From the NCBI GenBank assembly GCA_013388435.1, contig JACAFE010000034.1, forward strand, positions 476-64,475: 64,000 bases of DNA. The letters run 5' to 3'. A program made the translations under genes and the position numbers. The notes below the pieces were generated by a model, which was not told the origin of the DNA, did not search any database, and saw nothing but the letters and a program-made list of their open reading frames with translations. Shown one piece after another: positions 21,490-28,317 of this stretch (position 1 is the first letter of the stretch; every line of letters begins with the position of its first letter). This stretch comes from Nitrospirota bacterium (GTDB lineage Bacteria; Nitrospirota; Thermodesulfovibrionia; Thermodesulfovibrionales; SM23-35).

Positions 21490-21862
21490 GAAATAATGCA
21501 GATGTTGCGAAATTGAAAAATGCTGAAGGCTGAAGTATGAACTAATTTCTATTTTGTTAAGGGGTATTAGGGGTCGTATATTACTTTGTAATTTTGTTGT
21601 TTACTTATACTTCAGCCTTCGGCCTTCTTTTTGTGCGCATTTCGCTTTGCAGTTTTAATTAAACGCTTAACACGATGAACGCAAAAAACGCAACAAACGC
21701 TATAACGCTATAAACGCTATAACGCAATAAACACTATAACGCAATAACGCTATAAACGCTATAAACGCAACAAACGCTTTTTGCCTTCAGCATTAGATAG
21801 TTTATTTTGTTTCATAATTTTAATCATTAACATTTTATAATGTTATTATTGGGGTTATAGTC
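21490..21862. repeat. Mosaic intergenic repeat element, copy A (inverted relative to copy B)
   Basis: Terminus GAAATAATGCAGATGTTG (21490-21507). Inverted pair GCTGAAGGCTGAAGTAT (21522-21538) and ATACTTCAGCCTTCGGC (21607-21623). It also holds a CCCCTTAACAA-type module, TGCAGTTTTAATTAAACGC, a tandem array, GCTTTTTGCCTTCAGC and a TAGTTTATTTTGTTTCATAA module. Confidence 0.85.
21661..21778. repeat. Tandem 8-9 nt array (complement of GCGTT(T)AT(T/A)), about 12-14 units
   Basis: Read directly: ...ATGAACGC AAAAAACGC AACAAACGC TATAACGC TATAAACGC TATAACGC AATAAACAC TATAACGC AATAACGC TATAAACGC TATAAACGC AACAAACGC. Confidence 0.9.
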
Positions 21863-21934
21863 TTTTTAGTGACATGATAAACGGGTTAGAACAGACAGAT
21901 TTCTGGTATAAATATAAAATCTATATGGGATATT

Positions 21935-22597
21935 ATGAAGCCGATAATAGGGATAACATTGGATTATAAAGAACAATACTACAGAATTAAACGCTATTAT
22001 TCTGATGCTGTAAGTATGTATGGAGGAGTGCCTTTTTTTATGTCTTACGATGATCCTCAAAGCTATGTAAAAATAATAGATGGGTTAATCATCTCTGGCG
22101 GGGATGATGTGCCTCCTTTATACTATAATGAAAGAAAATTATTATGCACTAAGAATGTATCCCGTAAGAGAGCTGATTTTGAACTTTCTTTAATAAAATT
22201 GACTGTAAAGGAAAAAAAGCCGATACTCGGAATATGCTATGGCATGCAGTTACTTAATGTTTTTTTTGGTGGAACATTATATCAGGACTTAAGCCTCATT
22301 AAAGATATAGAAATTAATCATCAAAAAAGTTATCATAATATTGTGATAACAGAAAACAGGTTTTTTAAAAAAGGCAGGTTTTCTGTAAATAGCACCCATC
22401 ACCAGGCTTTAAAAAGTCTCGGAAAAGGTTTATCTGTCTTAGCCATTTCTAAAGATAAAATAATTGAGGCATTTTACAGAGAAAAATATCCTTTTCTAAT
22501 TGGAGTTCAATGGCATCCTGAACGTCAAATTAACAGTTTTTTATCTAAAACCCTGTTCACATCTTTTATTAGAGCCGCTGGTTTAGTATTAGAATAA
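21935..22597 (+). CDS. Class-I glutamine amidotransferase-like / peptidase C26 (gamma-glutamyl hydrolase, PuuD-like)
   Basis: 220 aa with MKPIIGITLDY..., the nucleophile elbow GICYGMQLLN, then HHQA and VQWHPE motifs. Confidence 0.75.
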   Translation: MKPIIGITLDYKEQYYRIKRYYSDAVSMYGGVPFFMSYDDPQSYVKIIDGLIISGGDDVPPLYYNERKLLCTKNVSRKRADFELSLIKLTVKEKKPILGICYGMQLLNVFFGGTLYQDLSLIKDIEINHQKSYHNIVITENRFFKKGRFSVNSTHHQALKSLGKGLSVLAISKDKIIEAFYREKYPFLIGVQWHPERQINSFLSKTLFTSFIRAAGLVLE

Positions 22598-22632
22598 TTG
22601 TTGCAAACGACAAAAACTGAGAGGAGGAGAAA

Positions 22633-23754
22633 ATGATAAGCAGAGAAGAACTTAAGGAAATAGCAAAAATAAGAGGTAATGATGCATATTTTGTTAGCCT
22701 TTATCTTAATGTGAATCCAGTCACAAATGTTAAGGACAATTATGTAATACATGTTAAGAACATGCTCAAGCAAAACGTAGAAAAACTTGATAAAGTGATA
22801 ATGAAAAGCATAAGCCGTGACTTTGAAAAAATTGAATCATATATTCTCACAAATAAAAAGGTATTTAAAAAAGGCCTTGCGATAATCAGTTGTGATAAGA
22901 AAAATTTCTGGAAAGAATTCCATCTTTCAATTCCTGTCAGGAACGATATAATAATTGATACAACACCATATATTAAACCATTACTGGATATTTTAGACAA
23001 TTATCAGAGATACGCTATATTACTTGTTGGCAGGGAATACGCAAGATTATTCATGATTCATCTCGGAGAAATTGAAGAATATATTGAAATATATACAGAA
23101 GGAGTTCCGGGAAGGCATAAAAAAGGCGGCTGGTTTTCTTTGTCGGAAAAAAGTTATGAAAGACACATAGATTATCATGTTGAAAGACACTTGAAGGATG
23201 TCCTTAAACAGCTTGATACAATAATGTCAAAAGAATATGTTGGCAGGTTAATAATAGGTGGTTCCGAAGATGCTGTTTCAAGGGTAAGAACAATGTTGCC
23301 TCATACTATATCTGAAAAGATAATAGGCACTTTTCATGCAGATATGAATGCTACTGGCAAAGAAATACTTGAAAAAACAGAACCGATATTCAGAGCTTAT
23401 GAAAATATGAAGGAATCGGAAACCATCGAAGAAATATTAACAAAAGCCATGAAAAATGAGAATGCAGTAATAGGAATTGAAGATGTTATGAACGCTATTC
23501 AGGAAGGACGTGTTATGAAACTTGTCTTGCTAAAAGATTTTAGCATTGAAGGACTTTTATGTAAAAATTGCGGACATCTTACAATACAGAACATAACATC
23601 CTGTCCTTATTGCAAAGGAGAGGTAGAAAAAGCAAACTATGTAACTGACCTTATTGCCCAGAGAGCTATTGAACAGGGTGCTTTTGTTGATATTGTTTAT
23701 GACAACCCGAAACTCAAGGAAACAGGTGGCATAGGAGCTATTTTAAGATTTTAA
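22633..23754 (+). CDS. Bacterial eRF1/Pelota-like protein (baeRF-type), GGQ replaced by GGW, with an inserted CxxC..CxxC zinc ribbon
   Basis: 373 aa. By eye it aligns with the eRF1 middle and C domains: [33 protein letters not shown] versus eRF1 [42 protein letters not shown] versus [28 protein letters not shown]; and the C-terminal GGIGAILRF versus GGIGGILRY. The zinc ribbon is [20 protein letters not shown]. Confidence 0.65.
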   Translation: [373 protein letters not shown]

Positions 23755-23819
23755 GAGTCAATATTACGATTTTTATTATTTTAATTTCCCTTCTGTTCGG
23801 TTGCACATCCAGAAACCGT

Positions 23820-25316
23820 ATGGAAGGATATTTGCATTACAGACTCAATACAAATCCAACAACACTTGACCCCGCACTTATAGTTGATGTAACAGGCGGT
23901 TTAATTGCTGCAAAGATATTTAATGGTCTTGTTAAAATCGGGGATGATCTTCAGATAATCCCCGATATAGCAGAGAAATGGGAAATTACACCAGATGGGC
24001 TTACCTATGTATTTAAACTCAGACATGGTATTAAGTTTTCAAATGGCAGAGAAGTAAAAGCACAGGATTTTAAATATTCATTTGAAAGGCTGCTTAATCC
24101 TTCAACCAAATCCCCAAACACATGGGTTCTCGAAAAGATTTCAGGGGCAAGAGCTTTTATTGAAGGCAAATCGCCAGAAATCACAGGATTACGTGTAATT
24201 GATGACTATACATTACAAATCAGCCTTGAAAAATCCTTTTTTCCGTTTCTTAAATTACTTTCAATGACTGCTGCATATGTGATACCCAAGGAGGAAGTTG
24301 AAAAGTTAGGTCCTGATTTTTCTTCGCATCCAGTAGGAACAGGACTTTATGTTTTAAAAAACTGGACACCGCAAACAGAGATTATTCTTGAACGAAGAGC
24401 AGATTATTTTGAAAAAGATGCAGGAGTTAAAGGAATAATTTACAGAATAATACCTGAAGATCTTACCGCGGTATCTGAATTTGAACTTGGCAATATTGAT
24501 ATTCTTACAATACCTTCATCAGAATATACACGTTTTACAGGAGATCCTTCTAAAAAAGATATGATTTCTTCAATTGAAGGACTAAATACTTATTATTTGG
24601 GCTTCAATTGTTCAAAGCCTCCGTTTAATAATACAAATGCAAGAAAAGCTATCGTATATGCTATTGACAAAGAAAAGATATTTAAAACTATTTATGAAAA
24701 AAGAGGAAGAATCGCTTACGGACCCATTCCTGATAAACTTAGAAAATGGCATATTCAGAATAAATACGAATATAATCCTGAACTCGCAAAAAAAATTATT
24801 AAAGAGATTGGATTAAATGGTAAAACTATAAATTTTTATATCACTGCAGATCAGGAAATTATTGATATTGCAGAAGTAATTCAATCCTACATAGAGGCTG
24901 CTGGTATTAATGTGAAAATAAAACAACTCGAATGGAGTGCTTATAAGAAAGCCGTAAATGAAGGGGAAGCGGAAATATTTTATTTAAGCTGGTGGGCTGA
25001 CTATCCAGACCCTGAGAATTTTCTGTTTCCTCTTTTTCATTCATCAAATCATGGGGCAGCTGGAAATAGAACAAGATACACCAATCACTTAGTTGATAAA
25101 CTGATAGAGAAAGCACAATTTGCATATGATGAAAAAGAAAGAATATCACTTTACAGCGAAGCTGAAAAACTTATAATTCAAGAAGTGCCATGGTTATGCC
25201 TCTGGCATAAAACAGAATATACAATAAGACAACCATGGGTGAAAAATTACAAAACATACCCAATTTACAGCATGGATAAAGGGACTGATATATTTATTGA
25301 TGGACTACAAAAATAA
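23820..25316 (+). CDS. ABC-transporter substrate-binding protein, family 5 (peptide/nickel, OppA/DppA-like); 5' end problematic
   Basis: The 498-aa ORF starts LHYRLNTNPTTLDPA..., typical of mature SBP_bac_5 proteins, and contains WWADYPDPENF. A lipoprotein signal is encoded in frame upstream but has no ATG/GTG/TTG start (see findings). No permease or ATPase genes are adjacent. Confidence 0.7.
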   Translation: MEGYLHYRLNTNPTTLDPALIVDVTGGLIAAKIFNGLVKIGDDLQIIPDIAEKWEITPDGLTYVFKLRHGIKFSNGREVKAQDFKYSFERLLNPSTKSPNTWVLEKISGARAFIEGKSPEITGLRVIDDYTLQISLEKSFFPFLKLLSMTAAYVIPKEEVEKLGPDFSSHPVGTGLYVLKNWTPQTEIILERRADYFEKDAGVKGIIYRIIPEDLTAVSEFELGNIDILTIPSSEYTRFTGDPSKKDMISSIEGLNTYYLGFNCSKPPFNNTNARKAIVYAIDKEKIFKTIYEKRGRIAYGPIPDKLRKWHIQNKYEYNPELAKKIIKEIGLNGKTINFYITADQEIIDIAEVIQSYIEAAGINVKIKQLEWSAYKKAVNEGEAEIFYLSWWADYPDPENFLFPLFHSSNHGAAGNRTRYTNHLVDKLIEKAQFAYDEKERISLYSEAEKLIIQEVPWLCLWHKTEYTIRQPWVKNYKTYPIYSMDKGTDIFIDGLQK

Positions 25317-25345
25317 CTCTGTATAAGTAAGCTATAACTTTAATC

Positions 25346-25708
25346 TGAATAATGCAGACATAGTTCATAGCTCATAACAAGGCTAAAGGCAAAAAGCGTT
25401 TATTGCGTTATAGCGTTTATTGCGTTTATAGCGTTATTGCGTTATAGCGTTTGTTGCGTTTTTTGCGTTATTGTGTTTAATTAAAACTGCACGGAGCACG
25501 GCGCAACAACAAAGGCAAATAACAACCCCCTAACCCCCTTAACAAAGGGGAAATCTGGCAAATAGCTAAGAGCAAAGAGCGAATAAAAAAGGCTGAAGCC
25601 AAATAGATAAGAGAAAATAACTTTTTACTTATGAGCGAAGCTCATACTTCAGCCTTCAGCCTAAAGCCTTCAGCCTTTTATGAGAAATGTCTGCATTATT
25701 TGGGTTAA
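25346..25708. repeat. Mosaic intergenic repeat element, copy B (complete, with terminal inverted repeats)
   Basis: Left end AATAATGCAGACAT..CTCATAACAAGGCTAAAGGC (from 25348). The right end GCCTTCAGCCTTTTATGAGAAATGTCTGCATTATT (25666-25700) is its reverse complement and is followed by TGGGTTAA. Confidence 0.85.
25396..25472. repeat. Tandem 8-9 nt array GCGTT(T)AT(T/A), 9 units
   Basis: GCGTTTATT GCGTTATA GCGTTTATT GCGTTTATA GCGTTATT GCGTTATA GCGTTTGTT GCGTTTTTT GCGTTATT, followed by GTGTTTAATTAAAACTGCA. Confidence 0.9.
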
Positions 25709-25829
25709 TTCATATTTTATTCATATAATAAATATGCATTGAAATGCGCTGGTATTGTAAAAATAAGTTTATAGAAATATAATATAAAATTACTGTTTCT
25801 TTATTTTATAAAAAAGGGAGATTAATATT

Positions 25830-27284
25830 ATGAATTTAAGAATAAACAGCTATTTTTTCAGATTATTTGTTTTGGTTATTTCCGTATTTTTAGTTGATTT
25901 TGCATTTAATAAAAGTTGTCACGCAGATGAAAGCAAAATTTCAAAGGAAACCATTGAAATTTTAAGCAAAGTCGGTCAGGCTACAGCAGAGATAGTCGAT
26001 GCTGTGAAGCCTGCTGTTGTAAATATTTCTACTACAAGGACAATTAAAACTCAGGGCGGTTTTGACCCTTTTTTTGATGACCCATTTTTCAGAAGATTTT
26101 TCGGAGATCGCTTTAAAGCCCCAAAAGAAAGAAAATCCTCGGGTCTCGGTTCAGGCGTAATTGTTGACTCAAACGGTTATATACTGACTGCCAACCATGT
26201 TATTCAAGGTTCTGAAGAAATTAAAGTTACTTTATCTGACAAAAGAGAATTTATGGGAAAGATTGTAGGAAGTGATGCGATGTCCGATATAGCTGTAATA
26301 AAAATAGAAGCGAAAGATTTACCTGTAGTTAAGATGGGAAATTCAAGCAAGTTAAGAGTTGGTGAGACTGTGCTTGCTATAGGCAGTCCATATGGATTGA
26401 GTCAGACTGTAACAATGGGTATTGTTAGTGCGGTGGGAAGAGCAAATGTTGGCATCGCTGATTATGAAGACTTTATTCAGACAGATGCTGCAATAAATCC
26501 TGGTAATTCGGGGGGCGCACTTGTTAATGTCAGAGGAGAACTTGTTGGTATTAATACCGCTATTTTTAGTACAAGCGGTGGTTATCAGGGAATCGGTTTT
26601 GCTGTTCCAACAAGTATGGCAAAAGCGGTCATGGACAGTTTAATTAACAAAGGCAAAGTTGTAAGAGGATGGATAGGAGTGGCAATACAAAACCTTACAC
26701 CCGAACTTGCAAAACAGTTTAATTTAAGTGAAGATAAAGGTGTTCTTATCGGCGATGTTGTTGAAGATGGTCCGGCTGATAAAGCAGGATTACAGAGAGG
26801 AGATGTGATAATAGAGTTTGATGGCAAAAAAATAGAAGATCCAAATCAACTCAGGAACAAAGTTGCGGTAACAGAACCCGGACAGGAGATCGAAGTAAAG
26901 ATTATAAGAGAAGGCAAAAATCTTATAAAAAAGATTATTGTCGGGGAATTACCTTCAGAAATACATAAACTCTCAAAAGGTGAATACAATAATTCTTTAA
27001 GCGGCATCGCAGTTCAAAACATAACATCTGAGTTAATTGAAAGATTGGGGCTTCCATCGAAAATATATGGGGTGATAATAGAAGACATTGATGAAGAAAG
27101 CCCTGCTTTTGGTATATTGAAGGAAGGTGATGTAATTCTGGAAATCAACAGGCAAAAAATTACAAATATGAAAGATTATGATAAGGTGGTATCAAAAATT
27201 AAGTCAGATAAAGAAATTCTCCTGCTAATTTACAGGGAAAGAGCAACAATATACATTACATTGCCTGGCAAAAAGTCAGAATAA
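25830..27284 (+). CDS. degP: Periplasmic serine endoprotease DegP/DegQ/HtrA with two PDZ domains
   Basis: 484 aa with a signal peptide. Catalytic motifs are TANHV (His), DIAVIKI (Asp) and GNSGGALVN (Ser). Two PDZ-like regions carry GLQRGDVII and LKEGDVIL. Confidence 0.9.
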   Translation: MNLRINSYFFRLFVLVISVFLVDFAFNKSCHADESKISKETIEILSKVGQATAEIVDAVKPAVVNISTTRTIKTQGGFDPFFDDPFFRRFFGDRFKAPKERKSSGLGSGVIVDSNGYILTANHVIQGSEEIKVTLSDKREFMGKIVGSDAMSDIAVIKIEAKDLPVVKMGNSSKLRVGETVLAIGSPYGLSQTVTMGIVSAVGRANVGIADYEDFIQTDAAINPGNSGGALVNVRGELVGINTAIFSTSGGYQGIGFAVPTSMAKAVMDSLINKGKVVRGWIGVAIQNLTPELAKQFNLSEDKGVLIGDVVEDGPADKAGLQRGDVIIEFDGKKIEDPNQLRNKVAVTEPGQEIEVKIIREGKNLIKKIIVGELPSEIHKLSKGEYNNSLSGIAVQNITSELIERLGLPSKIYGVIIEDIDEESPAFGILKEGDVILEINRQKITNMKDYDKVVSKIKSDKEILLLIYRERATIYITLPGKKSE

Positions 27285-27337
27285 TATAAGGATTGTTTGT
27301 TTAACCCAAAAAATGCAATTAATATTATAGTCTTTTT

Positions 27338-28105
27338 ATGACAATAGAAAAAAACGAAGTTCATGTTTGGGAGATTAATCTTGGCTCTGATTTAAGTAAA
27401 GTAGAAAAGTATTTACCCATATTATCAGATGAAGAAAAAAAGAAAGCTTCTGCTTTCCGCTTTTCTGATGACCGGGAAAGATATATAATTTCACATGCAG
27501 TTTTAAGATTATTGCTCTCAAAATATTCAGGGGAAAAGCCTGAAGAAATAGTCTTCTATAATAATAATTATGGCAAACCTTATATTATGCTTAATCCCGA
27601 TTTGCCAAAAATTTTTTTTAATATTTCACACTCCCATAAAATGGCTGTAATCGCCATCTCAAATGGATATGAAATAGGCATTGATATTGAATATTTATTA
27701 AGAAAAATAAACTTTGAAGATATAGCAAGAAGATTCTTTTCAAACATTGAAAATAAAAAGCTGAATAGTCTTTCCGGGAATTTACGGAAAGAAGCATTTT
27801 TCAGATGCTGGACAAGAAAAGAAGCATATTTAAAAGCAAAAGGAGTCGGTATCTCAGGATCATTTAAAAGTTTTGAGGTCTCAATTTTTCCTGAAGAAAA
27901 TCCTGAAATTATTGCAATAGACGGGCAGCATTCTGATGAAGATAACTGGAGTTTGTTTGATATAATTCACATTCATAATTATATCGGAGCAATTGCTGTC
28001 AAAGGAAATTGTCAAACCGTAAAATTTTTCAAGTTTCAATTTACTCAGCCCGAAGAATGTAATTTATGTGTTACACGGTGTACACCGTGTATCCGGGTTA
28101 CATAG
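27338..28105 (+). CDS. Sfp-type 4'-phosphopantetheinyl transferase
   Basis: 255 aa. It starts EVHVWEINL and carries FNISHSHKMAVIAIS, GIDIE and WTRKEAYLKAKG motifs. The last roughly 20 codons run through an 18-bp palindrome and may not be genuine. Confidence 0.8.
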   Translation: MTIEKNEVHVWEINLGSDLSKVEKYLPILSDEEKKKASAFRFSDDRERYIISHAVLRLLLSKYSGEKPEEIVFYNNNYGKPYIMLNPDLPKIFFNISHSHKMAVIAISNGYEIGIDIEYLLRKINFEDIARRFFSNIENKKLNSLSGNLRKEAFFRCWTRKEAYLKAKGVGISGSFKSFEVSIFPEENPEIIAIDGQHSDEDNWSLFDIIHIHNYIGAIAVKGNCQTVKFFKFQFTQPEECNLCVTRCTPCIRVT

Positions 28106-28159
28106 TATATGTCTTTCATTATATAGTATTTTATATTCACACCTTATGCTTTGTACTTT

Positions 28160-28317
28160 ACCCGAAAATGCATTTGAAACAATGCAGACATTGCTCATAA
28201 AAAGGCTGAGGGCTTTAGGCTGAAGTAGCAAATAGCGAAGAGCGAAGAGCTTATAGATAATGACTCTATGCTCTTTGCTATTGGCTATTGCCCGTGTCTG
28301 ATTTATTCTGGGTTAAC
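28160..28317. repeat. Mosaic intergenic repeat element, short copy
   Basis: ACCCGAAAATGCATTTGAAACAATGCAGACATTGCTCATAAAAAGGCTGAGGGCTTTAGGCTGAAGTAGCAAATAGCGAAGAGCGAAGAGC ... GCTCTTTGCTATTGG ... GGGTTAA. It shares modules with copies B and C, and its right end touches the stop codon of the pilT-like gene. Confidence 0.8.

Noticed and set aside
21661-21778. Possible CRISPR array (also 25396-25472 and 40135-40274)
   Set aside because: The units are only 8-9 nt and directly abutting, with no unique spacers. No cas genes are in the window. It is a microsatellite-like tandem repeat, not a CRISPR.
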